Assembly (NCBI GenBank): GCA_977017645.1
Contig: OZ360225.1
Coordinates: 126,914,001 to 126,978,000, forward strand
DNA length: 64,000 bases
Direction: 5' to 3'
Origin: Torpedo marmorata
Lineage: Eukaryota
Shown here piece by piece: positions 13,111-26,300 of the stretch. The translations under genes and the position numbers were made by a program. Positions within the stretch are counted from its first letter, which is position 1. Each line of letters starts with the position of its first letter. The notes beneath the pieces were generated by a model, which was not told the DNA's origin, did not search any database, and saw nothing but the letters and a program-made list of their open reading frames with translations.

Positions 13111-13928
13111 AAAGAAAAGTTTATCCCTAACATTAGAGATTAATTGATATTCCCTGTCATACAACATAAGTGGTTGAACTAGTGGTACCATTAAGGCAAG
13201 CTGCTGTAAGAGGAAGGAGTTTTCTCAGCAAGACACCTTATCAAACCAAGGCTGTTTGGGAAGTAACTTTCCTACCTGAGCCTTGTAGTATTCCATCTGT
13301 GCTCTGGCTTTTATTCTTGCAATTAGCCATCAAGCTGCCCCCTCCCACTGCCAATGTAGCTGACTTCCATTGGCACTCCTGCCCTCTGGGGACTTGAGGC
13401 CTCTCTCTTACTTTGCATTTTCCCTACTGATGACTTCATGACAACATTCAAAAGCCATATAGCTTTATCTCTCCTGTGTGGCAGTTTTCACAGTTCCCCA
13501 AGTTAGGTCCAATTGGAAAACATTTGCTAGCACATGCTGCAACCAGAATACATAAGAGACATGAGTAGATTTTAAGTTCAGCAGTCTTATTTTAATTGGC
13601 AATAATCTACAATGTTGGATTATGAACAACATAGTTAGCAGGAGTAACAATTGCATAAAAGAGCAGATAATGTGAAGTTGGAACAGTAGTGCAGTACAAT
13701 GAATGGGTTTTAGGTTAAATATGCATTGCAAACCCAAGGTCCTTTTCCGAGGCCTATTCAAATGTAGCCCCCTATGGTTCTATAAATCTGAGACACATTT
13801 TACTGTAAACTACATAGTTAAGAAACAAAATGTTGACCTTTTCTTATTTCTCGAGTTCAACAGATTGGGCAGAAATCAGTTAATCTGTTGAATTTAATAA
13901 TGAAATCACTCTTAGATGTTTGGATATA

Positions 13929-14453
13929 CAGGTGCTCCTCAACTTATGATGGGGTTGCGTTCCGGCAAACCTATCATAAGTTGAAAAAGAATACAGGTAT
14001 ACCTTGTATAACACCGACAGCGCTGTATCAGTCCCCACACTGATCCCACTGCCCCGCTCTCTCCCCACAGCCCTTTATCATTCCCAACACTGATCCCACT
14101 GCCCAGCTCTCCCCCAACAGCGTTGTATCAGTCCCCACAGTGATCCCGCTGCCCCGCTCTCTCCCGACAGCGCTGTATCAGTCCCCACACTGATCCCACT
14201 GCCCCGCTCTCTCCCATCAGTGCTGTGTCAGTCCCTGCAAGCTTTCCGACTGAACTAAAAGAAGTGATTGACCAAGGAGGCTACAAAGAATTCACCTTAG
14301 AGGAATTATCAACGTTTATTGGAAAAATCAACAATGCTTGCGATTACCTTACTTTAACGTATTACATGAAAGTAAATAACGACAGTCACACTATTGTACC
14401 ATCCTAACTTCGAAAAATTGTAAGTCGGACCATCATAAGTAGGGGAGCACCTG
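13929..14453. mobile_element. Tigger/pogo-type MITE with internal ~50-bp minisatellite (about 14014-14236)
   Basis: TA|CAGGTGCTCC..ACTTATGATGG ... CCATCATAAGT..GGAGCACCTG|TA. About 4.5 copies of CCGACAGCGCTGTATCAGTCCCCACACTGATCCCACTGCCCCGCTCTCTC. Confidence 0.85.
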
Positions 14454-14714
14454 TATGTTTGCAGCTACAGACTTTTTCTCCCTGCATAAAAGTTGTCCAT
14501 TTATTAGTAATATTGCAGATATATTAAGGATATTTCAGTCAAGTGACGCTGAGATAGAAATGCTTCCCTTAATATTAATGTCATAGATCGCCCTGCAACT
14601 CAAAATAAAATTCCAAGTTTATCGGCTGTTCAGTTTTCAAGGTTATAGAATTATAGAACAAAGAAACAGAACCGTCAACCCACTGAGTCAATGCCACCCA
14701 TTTGCTTGCATGGC

Positions 14715-14875
14715 TTAGGGAAGCAGGAGGAAACTGCAGTACTAAATGTTGAAGGAAACCTACATGTTCACGGGGAGAATGTGCAAACTCCACCCAGACA
14801 ACACCAGAGGTCGGAATTGAATCTGGATTTATGGATCTGCGAGGCAAAAAGCTCCACTAGCCGTGCCACTATACT
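14715..14875 (-). mobile_element. Older V-domain SINE copy
   Basis: The minus strand reads GTGGAGTTTGCACATTCTCCCCGTGAACATGTAGGTTTCC (V domain). Confidence 0.65.
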
Positions 14876-15712
14876 GTCCTCCACTATTCTACAGTTGCTG
14901 CTCATGCATAGGCCCACCTTCCCAAAATACTGTTTTGCCATTGCTCTAAGGATATAAATACAATGTCATAATAAAGTTAAAAAGTAATCTCTAGAAGTTA
15001 CTGCACATGGTTGTCCAAACTTTTCTGTGATTTCGCAATTACATCACGAAAGGTAAAAAAGCAATGTCAATCAACCACAACAAGAATGTGAAGTATGTGT
15101 CCAGTACCTTCAGATATTATGTCCTAGTTTTACATGTATATGTGTTTATATCATTTGCCCAGTTCAATTGTCACCCACCCAAGTCCATCTAGTTACTTCT
15201 CTTTTGATCAAGGAAAGGGAAATATTTTGAAGTATTCATCGAATTTATTCCATAATGCTATTTAAAAAAATATATATGTGCAGATTTTTGGGATCTGGAG
15301 CTTATTGGCCACAGAATTCTCTTCCTATAGTATTGTCAACAATCTTGGAGGAAAATGGTATTTTCAAAAACATTAGAATATTCTTCATGCCTGCATTATT
15401 AGCATCCAGTAGATTCAACATTGCAACAGTCCCTTGGATCTCAGATGGATTATTTTTTTGAACAGATAGACAATTCTAACTTTATTTTGTGAGCAGCAAC
15501 ATCGAACATTCTCTGGAGTAAGTGTACTGGAAGCACAATGTTTGTTGATCATGCAAAACTGGCAAACATTGAATTCTCTCTCAGATTCCTCTGAAGCCAA
15601 AACTAGATTTTGATATTGCAGGGAGATGTAAATTGGGTGACAGTGAATCTGCAGCCCTTGTATCTATTTTGATTTTTGTTTCCTTGAAATTTAGTGGTCA
15701 GATTGCCAACTG

Positions 15713-16359
15713 ATTTCATTTCAGATTTCAGACTTATTGTCAGAGTACATACAGTACATGACATCACATGCAACCCTGAGATTCTGTTTCCTGCGGGCCA
15801 GGCAGAATTACCACTTATTGGTAGTGCAAAAAAAAACTGTACACAATGTACACATGTAAATAAATAAACAAATGTAAACAACTAACTGCAATACAGAGAG
15901 AATAAAAAAAAGTGCAAAAGTAAGAGTCCTTAAATGAGTCACTGATTGAGTTTGTTGTTCAGGAGTCTGATGGTGGAGGGGTAGCAGCCTTTCCTGAACC
16001 TGGCGATGTGAGTCTTATGCACCTATTCCTGATGGTAGCAGCGAGAACAGAGCATGTGCTGGGTGGTGTGGATCCTTGATAATTGCTGCTGCTCTCCTGT
16101 GGCAACGTTGCCTGTAGATGTTCTCGATGATGGGAAGGGGTTTGCCTGTGATGTCTTTGTCCACTACCTTTTGCAGGGCTTTACGCTCAGGGGTATTAGT
16201 GTCCCCATACCAGACCGTGATGCAGCCGGTCAGCACACTTTTCACCATACATCTGTTGAAATTTGCCAGGGTTTCCGATGTCATACCAAACCTCCGCAAA
16301 CTGCTGAGGAAGTAGAGGCACTGACGTGCTTTCTTCACGATGCCATTGGTGTGTTGGGT
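15713..16359 (-). mobile_element. Rex1/Babar family B LINE, 5'-truncated
   Basis: KKARQCLYFLSSLRRFGM..SVLTGCITVWYG..IIKDPHHPAH and a (TCTGAAA)n tail. Confidence 0.88.
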
Positions 16360-17044
16360 ACTCTGCAGAAGATCAAATCCCTGAATGATTATGCTCTTAA
16401 ATCAATGTAAAATATTCAATGAGTCTGAATGCAAAGATTCAAGTCATGTTTTGATTCTTTCAAAAACCTGGGCCATGTTTTTTGATCTGTGGATCTACCA
16501 AGATATACCAAGACTGCAATTTGAAAAATCAGTAGTGGATTTTGTTGTTAGATGCAGTTAATGGATTATATCCCTTAAAGCACCATTAATAAAAACTAGT
16601 CACATACAGTGGGCTTCATCAATCCTTTGATGAGCAAACATGAGCTGTATGTATATTTAGGTCAAGTTTCATGGATTTGTTATGTATTTGCTAAATAATG
16701 AACATTATAATCTGCTTAATTCACAGTTCCAAAAGACCACGTCTTGTACACTAAGAGTAACGTTCACATGGAAGTTGTAAGTTTCATCAGTAACTTTTGA
16801 CCTTAAGTTTACATTACTTCACGCTAGCCAGGAGAAATAGAATTTGTCCTTGGAGAATGAAAACCGTGCCCTTGACACTTAGTGTAGCATCAAGCATCAT
16901 AAGTAACTAAAGGATAAAAAGCAGAGCTAATCATGGAGCATCATCTCTGAAGATGGAATAGGTATGATATTGAGAATTTCACTTAATATTTGTGTAAAAA
17001 TCTTATTGGATAAAAATTTCCTTGTAATTTTTAAGTACATTTTG

Positions 17045-17330
17045 CTGGATGTTGTTATCACTGGGAAGACCAGCATTTGTTGCCCATCCTACATTGCCCT
17101 TGAGAAGGTAGTACTAAGGTGGTCACTTCTTCAACCAGCTGTAGATCTTCCAGTAAAAGATATTGTCACAATGCTTTTGGGTAGAGAATTCCAGGATTTA
17201 ACAATGGCAATATATTTTTAAGTTAGGATGTGACATGGAGAAGTATTAGCTGCTTTAGTGTTAGTTTGAGTTTGGGACGTGCTGTTGAGATGGCTGAGAC
17301 AAGTTGTTGCAGTGCATTTTATGGATGCCA
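17045..17330 (-). mobile_element. Old LINE 3' end remnant
   Basis: CR1-like tail on minus (TTCTCAAGGGCAATGTAGGATGGGCAACAAATGCTGG). Related fragments near 930-1060 and 47880-47960. Confidence 0.45.
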
Positions 17331-17811
17331 GGATAGCAATTGAGTGTTACTAATTAACACTATGGACTTTGGAAATTAAGATAAATAAAAAAATCCACCT
17401 TTGACTAAAAACAAAAATACTGTTTTTAAATGAATTAGTTGTCATGGAAGGTTCTTAAAGCTACAATGCAAGCAAGAATTCAAGGGGTCAGAATCCAGCA
17501 CTTTTTTATTTGAAGATGCCATTTTTTCCTCCTAATGGAGCTTTTGATTTATATTTGGTGGAAGAAGGAAGACTATTGCTCTTTACCAAGGATAGAACTA
17601 TTTTGAGGATTAGTGTTCTATCCATTAAGGGGAGGGACACCTTGAGGGTAGCAAGACAAACACCACCCTCTAAAAATTCATCTCCAATTGATTAGTGACT
17701 GAGTGGTAACTTGGATTGAGGGTTCAAGTGTTGGGGGTGCAGTGTCAGAAAGATGGGAAGATCACATAACCTTTCTAATTAACACGATGGACTTTGGAAA
17801 TTAAGATAAAT

Positions 17812-18009
17812 TTTAAAAAATCTGCTTATGCTGGAGTCTTGTGCAGTACACAAAAGTGTGGGAGAAACTCAGCAGGTCACGCAGCATCCATAGAAGCAAA
17901 AGGCTGTTGACGTTTCGGTCCAGAAGAAGGACTTAGGCCGAAAACAACTTCCTTTTGCTTTCTCTGCCTTTTGTGTAACCTGCTGAGTCTCTCCAGCACT
18001 TTTGTGTTT
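17812..18009. mobile_element. Palindromic Penelope-derived element (two inverted terminal segments)
   Basis: CACAAAAGTGTGGGAGAAACTCAGCAGGTCAC is inverted with GTAACCTGCTGAGTCTCTCCAGCACTTTTGTG. Flanked by direct repeat TGGACTTTGGAAATTA (17788-17803, 18010-18025). Confidence 0.65.
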
Positions 18010-18700
18010 TGGACTTTGGAAATTACAGTTTTCCTCCAACAGCATGTGCAAAATATGGATGAACAATATTTAACCTTTAGAACCTGATTTTCCCAATTAA
18101 CTGATTAGAACTCAATTGTTCACATTGTTGAAATTAACCAGACAAATGTTAATGTTATTTTGATATTTTCTATTGTGATATTAGCACAACCAGAACGTAA
18201 AGTTTGTTCAAATCACTTTTTTTCCTGTGCATTTCATTTCAAGAATAAAACATGCATAATACATTAGACTTCCTGATAAAAAATATCTAAAACGTTACAG
18301 TTGAATGCAACATCCATGGAGAGAAATGTTCAGTCAAAGTTTCGGGTTGGGACCTTTGTTAAGACTAAAGAGGGAAGGGGTGACAGCAAGCATAAAAGGG
18401 GGCTGGGAATATATTTAAGATGGAGATTGATAAGTATTGGAAAGATTGAGGAGAAGAAGGTTATGAAGAACTAGCACAGAAGAGGAGTTGAGGCCATGGT
18501 CATATTAAATGGTGGGGCAGGTTTGAGGGGCCTGTGGCCTACTCCTCTTCCTATCTTCCTTTTATGTGTGTTCTTGCATTAAGCTCTTTTTAGATTCTGG
18601 CCTTGATACACCCACATTTTCTAATGAGAAATGTATTAGGGAAATAAACAGCCATCTACTCCTTCAGTCATTAATTTGATACACTTTAGTCTTTTGCATG

Positions 18701-20075
18701 TGTGGTAAACCACTGTATGTGTGTTGTGGGGCTGGGGATAGGTTTGGACATGCCCTGCTGACTGTCCCGGTGACCCCTCCCACAATCCCCTTGAATAAAG
18801 GCCATTGTGCCACAACTCCTCCCCTCAGTCCGGGACAGATCAGCAGCTCGAATGTAGCTCCATTCTATGATCAATAAAAGCCTTTCAGTACAATACTACT
18901 TCCAGTCTTTTGGGAGTCATTGATAGGCGTATCAATTTTATTGATCATATTATCAAATGGAGAGCGTCCTGAGACCGGACAAGCTGGACATCGATCCGCT
19001 GGCACCAGACGCCAGTAACGCTTTCGAACTCTGGCTAACCTGCTTCGAATCGTTTCTGAGGACGATCAAAGTGGAAGACGAGGACGGAAAACGCATGGTC
19101 CTCGTCTCTCGGGTAAGCCCCAGAGTCTACTCGACGATCCGAGATTGTCAGTCATACGGGGACGCCATGGATGCCTTAAAACGGCTGTACATAATGCCTG
19201 TGAACTCGGTATACGCGAGGCACAGGCTAACGACGCGGCAGCAGCGGCCCGGGGAGTCGATCACAGAATTCGTACAGGACATACAGTCGCTCGTACGGGC
19301 GTGCGATTGCAGGGCGCTGACGGCTGAGGAGCATGCAGAGCTGTTGGGGAGAGACACTTTCATCACGGGGATAAGGTCAGTATATGTGCGCCAGCGGCTG
19401 CTGGAGCATGCTGACCTGACTTTTCGTTTGGCCGTTCAAATGGCCCATACGCTGGAGGCCGCGATGCGGAACTCAGACGCTATGCAAGCGCGCGACCTCC
19501 AGCAGGCCCCGTGGATGGCCCTGACCCCCCACCCTGCCAGCGATCCGACTACCGCCGCCATCAGCCGCGACCCGACTGCCGCCGCCAGACGTGACCCGAC
19601 TACCGCCGCCATCAGCCGCAAGCCCGAGAAATGTTATTTCTGCGGGCTCGAGAAACACCCCCGAAAACGCTGCCCTGCCCGAGACGCGACCTGCTCCAGC
19701 TGTGGCAAGAAAGGCCACTTCGCAAAGGCCTGCCGCTCTAAGCCGCGAGTGGGTCCGAGCAGCGCCACGTGCGAGATTCAGGGCAGCCATCTTACTTTTC
19801 GTCACTTCCGGCGTCCTACCCGCCCGCGGTTGCCAACACGTGCGAAGAATGGGGGTGGCCATCTTGGACCTCGGCATTTCCGGCGCCGCCATCTTACTGC
19901 TCCGATGCCAACACGTGCGATCCACGGAGGCGGCCATCTTCTTCAACTCCGACGTCGGATCAAGATTACGAGCCTACACTGGCGTCGGTGACGCTCGATC
20001 AGAGTGCACCCCATCAATTATCGCGATCGATGATGGACATCCTGGTTGGAGGACACAAAACAAACTGCCTGTTCG
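18701..20075 (+). mobile_element. Truncated Gypsy-type LTR retrotransposon: 5' LTR (about 18701-18934), gag and the start of protease
   Basis: TG...CA LTR with AATAAA. Gag ORF from 18957 has RQQRPGES, RDTFITG and a double Zn knuckle (CYFCG..H..C, CSSCGKKGHFAKAC). After a frameshift it reads VGGHKTNCLF and breaks just before the expected catalytic Asp. CpG-rich. Confidence 0.88.
18957..19991 (+). pseudogene. Retrotransposon gag ORF (C-terminal part out of frame)
   Basis: 344-aa ORF with gag and CCHC motifs. The continuation into protease lies in another frame (19769-20110). Confidence 0.8.
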
Positions 20076-20618
20076 CCAAGGAAATATTACTTGACTATCA
20101 TTCTTTTTAATTTTCGTAGCACGACTTCACATTTAGTAGTCGATGCAATGACAACAATCTGGGATCTTTTTTCTTGAAATGTCAGAACTGCACACTTCTT
20201 TATCAATCCAGAGAAGATACCTCTTTCCTGATGTATTTATATCATATTCAAAATATTTCACTGGCAGGATTTAACATTTTAATGAACACAGTGTTATATT
20301 AATAAATAACTACTCAGGGTTCAAAATCTGGCTATTTTTCCAAAAACAGCTTCCATTTTCCAACAAGCCTGTGTTGCTCCTTTACATTTTTTTGTCCTTT
20401 GGAATCTGAGTAAAAAAAGGGGTAAAGGGACAAAAGTATGTATCTGGTGGACAGTTTGCCCCAGACATTTTATTTGTTTGTGGCACGCAAGAACCTTCTA
20501 AAGTTATAGCCTCAGCACTGCTGTTTGCTATTAAGTTGATGGGGAGTCTATCCCACAGTTGCTCTGTGCTGCTGACACAAAGTCTTTGTTCACGTTCAGA
20601 TTAGTCAAACTGCTGTGA

Positions 20619-20635
20619 GGGTCAGGCCAGGGTCA
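20619..20635 (+). promoter_or_regulatory. Candidate DR5 nuclear-receptor element (RARE-like)
   Basis: GGGTCA-GGCCA-GGGTCA matches RGKTCA-N5-RGKTCA exactly. Function untested. Confidence 0.4.
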
Positions 20636-23246
20636 GACTCTGTGATGATGTATAGGAGCACATGTCTGGGAATTTCTCTTGCTCTTAAAACACATACCAG
20701 AAAGGCAGAAGAGGGCCGAGCGAACTGACTGATGAGACCCAGATGATAAGTCACTCTTACTGGGTTCATAATTTGCCTTTTAACACACCATGTTTTATTA
20801 ATGTATGGCGTGATAGCCTTGAAAATTTCATGTCCCCCAAAGGTAAGGACACTCCGTGACACTTCATTTCCTTGCCCATGGGAAATGGCTCAGTAAATCC
20901 AGTGAAAGAACAATGCACAAATTCCCAAGGTGCTTTTCAAGCTTTCTTAGGTTGTAGGCCCTGGCACTTGATACAAGCTGCATGCACACTTGGCATTAAC
21001 ATTGCCCAAATCAGGTTATGATCAGACACTCTCAGCATCCCAAACTGTGATCCCCTACCATCTTTACAATTTCATCCCTGTCCACCCCGCTGTGACCACT
21101 GAGCTTGTAGAGTTTTCTCTTTGATTAACAATCAGGATTGGTAAAATAAGAGGAAGTAGATGCAGTCTAATAGAGTTTGGAAACCAATTCTAATCTCTCT
21201 GAACTGGGTTAATCTGTGCAAATCAAGGTACAAATCAATTTAGATCAATCTGTTTTTAACATACCCCTGAGATGGATTAAAAGAGATCAGTTTAAAATTA
21301 TCCCATTTCTTGGCTTTGTGTGAAGGCAAAATATATTCGAATCATTTTAACATGTATAGCAAATAAACTGACGTGATTTCAGATTTATAACATAAAATTA
21401 AACAAACGATGCTGATGTGTAAAAGCAAACATAGCACTTTATATCCATGTAGAATTTTTTAATCCGCTGATTGAGCACGGCACTCAGTTTTATTATTTCT
21501 GCATTTCAGAATTTTGGAATGCTGTCACCCAAAAGTCATTTTAATGCTAAACTAGCAATTTTTGCAACCAGCTGCTGCATATAACAGGGAATATTTCATC
21601 CTGCTGACAGAACACTATCAATAAAACATAGCATTCAGAGTGCATTCATTTTCCCCTCTTCAATCACTGTAGCATTTACAATGAAAATGTTATATTATAT
21701 TTATTCCTCAGCTGATGCTTTTTGCTTAAATGCAAAATTATATAGTAATATGGAACTTTAGGGGTTAACTTGTCTTAGCCAGTTAACAAAGGCATTGCTT
21801 ATCAAACAAGGACTGGGGGACTACATGACAGTGTGCCCCGGACCTGTTCGCCTCCTCAGGGTCAATTCTTATGGTTATTAAGATTTTATGAATCTGATGA
21901 GCGCAGTCTTTTGCTGTGACCGACAGGATACTGCACCATTTTCTTTCCATCTACAAATTTGTTTAATTCCTACCGGGACCTGCAAATATGATTTTTATTT
22001 TGCAATGCAATGAGCGCAGCATGGAGTGCTGTGGGAGTAACAGGCCTGGTTATCTGGAATTACTCAGACTGCTAAAAATTCATTAAAATGTGACATCAAC
22101 ACAGTGAGAGACAAATGATCACAGGATGAAAAGGAACAGTGGGCATTTCATGGATTAGTGCTGCATAACCTTAGCTATGCAGCTAACTGCATAAACTGAT
22201 TAATCCAGCAACATTACAGTTTGGAAAAACACATAACTATTTAAATTGGTGTCAGCCTTTATATTTGAATATAGATATAGATGGAAGTATGCAATGTAAT
22301 CTTTCTTTAGCAAACATTTTAAACCTGTGTCAACAGTATGGTGCATGAAGGAGTACTCCATTACAGGAACTTCCCAGATTACGGAAGACCTGATTTATGG
22401 AATTTTGACTTTATGCAAATTCTCCAATAAAATATAATTTTTTATGATATTTATTTACAACTGGATACTTTATATGTTCCATTACTTTAATTATGAGTAG
22501 TGTTAGAGTGAACATATAAGATATTTGATAAAAGAAAGAATTACAGGAAATGTATGCAGAGCGATAGGCTGTGGCTGACTATAGAAAATGTATGACAGGG
22601 AGATGCAGTACTGAGAGAAAACAAAATAATACAAAAGGAAGCAGAGGCTCAACTATTTTGGGAATTGGTTTTTATCATTGTTTTGGAGGAACTTGTTCAC
22701 TTTCTGACGTGTTTAAATCAGTTAATAGACAGTTTCCATTATATAATCTGGGGATTGCCTGTATACTGTATCTAAAAGTGTGCCCCCTATGGGTCGCCTG
22801 AAATAATCATACATTCTCTAATCGATATCGCTAAACTCAACTTTCAATTTTGGCATTCGGTAAGTATTGGGCATGGCAATGTTCAATTATACAACATTAA
22901 TAAAATCTTATGAAAAATTAAACTAGCAATTTTCCAATGTTATTTATCTTAACACGTTCAATAACCATTTTAATGGTTGTAATGCAAAAACATCCAAAAT
23001 TCAACCTTGGTTAGATTTTGCATCCTGGTATGCCATTAAATACTTACTGTAGGATTGCAAGTGGTGAGTAATTTTTAGAAAATAGTTCATTTTTCAATAC
23101 AAAGTTGGAGCATCGTAATTCATACATTTGGCCTTTTTTTTAAACTCTGAAGTACAAGATACAGAATACAGTAAATGTTTCCCCTAAACAAATCCTGAAC
23201 AGTTTTTAATCTGCCATCCTAATCTCTCTTATAATTTTAATTGTAG

Positions 23247-23366
23247 ACGAGCAAAGTGAAGACTCTGAAGGGCCTAGTAAAACCACTGTTCCAGCTGCTG
23301 CTACTGATAACAAGGACACCAGTGAAAAAGACAACAAAGAAAACACAAAGTCTGACAAAGATTCTG
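23247..23366 (+). CDS. ZFHX4: ZFHX4 internal coding exon (120 nt, phase 1-1): xEQSEDSEGPSKTTVPAAATDNKDTSEKDNKENTKSDKDS
   Basis: Acceptor ttgtag|AC and donor TCTG|gtaata, with an open frame. The peptide resembles the EQSEE..KDTSERDN..KDSG segment of mammalian ZFHX4 as I recall it. Phase fits the next exon. Confidence 0.85.
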
Positions 23367-26300
23367 GTAATACTTTGCATTTTGTCATTTTTCCATCTTA
23401 AATTTTCTTTGATCTTAAAATTATGTGCCCAGTTCCCCTCCCCCGTCTCAATCGTATTCATCACATGTGTGTCTTACATGTGATTTCTATCAGTAGCCTC
23501 GCACTGACCTATTTTTAATCATAACCATCTGACAGGATAGATGTGGATAAGTTGAAGAATATTACAGAATGGCCAGTGAGATTATTTTTTAATCAAATAA
23601 GTTTGCGTGCTTGTAATTTTAAGCGCCTTTCATTAATCTTTGCTGTACTTGTGATTCCTCTGATGACATATTAATTTTGTTTAAGCTCAGGATTAGATAC
23701 CAATCATGTATTTTTTCCATTATGCCAAGGCATATCAATATCGTTGACCAGAGGCTTTTCAGTCTTTTTTCTAGTCATATTCCTTAGTAATACAAAGCAG
23801 CCTTTACTAACCTGAGCAATAAATTCTGCATTAATACATGTTGCAGTAATTGTCTGGCTTAAATGGCATCTTGCATTTAACCAGCATCTGGTATAAATAC
23901 CACAGAGTCTTTTCCATATTTTCCTTGGCAAATATTGCCGGGTACATGATTCGTCATTGTTGTTTTTGGTTTATATTTTTTATAATTTGTGCAAAAGTAA
24001 AAAACCACAGACATATTAATATTATGTTGGCCTTCCTTGCAGCATGAAAGACAGTCATATTATTTTAAATGTCATGAGGCAGGGTAAAAAAATAGGTTAA
24101 AGATTGTGGGTTACATGTGTATCTTTCTTTTCACATACAGAAGGGAAGAACACTAAAAATGAATCTCTGAAAATAAATGGCATTTGTTTTGAGAAAAGAA
24201 AGCACTACTGCTTTTTATGAAGATTAGAAAAGAGTATTTCAGTAAGCATGTTATATTCGGTATGCTTATTTGCTTCACTGTTACTATAGAGGCACAAAGC
24301 TGGCCAGTTTGCCTGTGCATCAGGAAAATAGATTTTCACCCCATAATTTCAAAATCCCTCTAGATTATGAGCTCGTGAAAAATAAAACCAAGTTAATAGT
24401 TAAACCCTTGTCATTTTTCCCTCAGTATTAGAATATTTGTGTCACCACGTTGTAGCATACGTTAGTTTATCTCAATAATTGGTACATTGGTATAATCAGG
24501 ATGCAGAATTGAAGACCCTAAGTACAAGTTGTTTTTACTGGACTGAAAATATATCTGGTGAAGCAGAACTCACCCATATCTCATTTATATTGTCATTTTA
24601 ATCTAGTGTCACTTTAGATTAATTATAATCAAAATTACATTCTCTATGCAAATGTATTAATCTGGATAAACTCCAGATTAGTTCTTCACTGCATAATTGT
24701 AATGTGTCTCTGACATAGCTTAAGGAAACAGTTTTAATAATACAGTAAATACAAGTAATATGTAAATTAACCTTCATCATTCCGTAATATTACCAAAGGA
24801 CATATCGTCCTTTATGAGCAAGCTTTCCTTATTCAAAATTATGAATTTGTCTTTATTTTAATACAATTTAGGAATTCACTAAGCAGTGAAATCATAATTC
24901 CTGATAGATTAATTGACATAAAACAAAAACATCATGTACACATAATTTACAATCTGATTTTTCAAAGCATTTTATTTTTAGTTAACTAGAATATTGCTGC
25001 AGAACGTATTCCTATTGAACCATAGGCATACTACTGCAAAGTTTGAGCTTAGGTCTTGATGCATGACTTAGTTTGACATTTAAATGTTGCCATTTGAACT
25101 ACGGGTCAGTAATGGTTAACCTGCTTTTCCATCTCTGTATTTCACATCAATGACAAGAGATGTAAAATGTAATGGAAAACCACTACTTCTGCTATTGTAT
25201 TATTTAACTCTAGTCATTTCAAATATTTGAAGCCAATAAACATACATATATAGATCAAAAATAAAATTAACATGTTTTTAATTTTAGAGATTGTATCACT
25301 TAATGCTGCAGATTAACAATTGTCCTGTGAAGTAGAAGATCTGTGTAAGTTTCTAATCAGCATTGGAAATACACAAATTATTATGACTGCAGCCTCAATA
25401 CAAAATAATCAATTTCTGCATTTTAAAATCTAAAGATAACATAAAAATATTACATTAAAGCATAAGCTTTGTAAAGATTAAAATTAAGATCAATAGATTT
25501 TTAGCTAATATGTTCAGCACTTCTCTCCCTAAATAATGAGTTCCAAATATTGCCATCTGTAAAACTCAAAATGATGCTTTAATATTTTGCAAACATTATT
25601 TTAAACTGATGTATAATTAATTCTCATGGATATATAGGATTATATGCAAACACAATGTTTGTCCAACTATACATAATACTTCCAACTGTACTTAAGATCA
25701 CTACTGTAATTCATGATTATGTCAAAAATGGGTGCAGCACTATAGTTTGGGACAAATCTGTGATCTTCAATATTTTCTGAATAAAGTTGTTACATTGAAT
25801 GAAAGCAGCCAACATTCAAGAAACTCTAGTATTTTCATTTCTTTATAAGGCAGTTGATTGGCCTCAAAATTGTGCTTTTCATATTAATTTTCTCTTTTAT
25901 CTGTTTAAACAGACTGTTTTGATTCTCTCATTTTGAGTCCTCTTTATCACATGTTCACAGTTAGCCTACTTGATGTTTGGAATAGATCAAGTTATTTGAA
26001 CATATTGTTCAAGGATCATTCCACTTTCTTTTTATTCCTGACTCTTTTAATGCATGTGGATAATTCAGTACCAATTATTACTAACAACAAAAAACATATC
26101 ACACCACAATGATGACACAATACAAAAAAATAATTTAGAAATAGTAGGCATTTGGATCTGAGGCATAATAGGTGCATGCATTTTATTTATGCCCACTAGA
26201 CAATAATTGGAATAGTATACTAACTAGATTATTCTGTGTTAATAGCACCATATTATTTTCAGGTTGAAAAGCAATGTCAGGGCGATTCTTGAAAATCAAA

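Noticed and set aside
14014-14236. CRISPR-like arrays (also 8010-8330 and 46620-46910)
   Set aside because: Head-to-tail minisatellites with no unique spacers, no cas genes and a vertebrate context.
503-17700. Numerous 60-130 aa ORFs in AT-rich intron sequence
   Set aside because: No recognisable domains or consistent splice structure. They are chance ORFs or antisense frames of repeats.
18957-19991. Domesticated gag-derived host gene
   Set aside because: It retains an adjacent LTR, high CpG content, a frameshift and an abrupt truncation in protease, all consistent with a recent broken insertion.
24638-24653. Sox-Oct composite element
   Set aside because: The octamer is present, but the upstream CATTCTCT does not match the Sox half-site or the canonical spacing.
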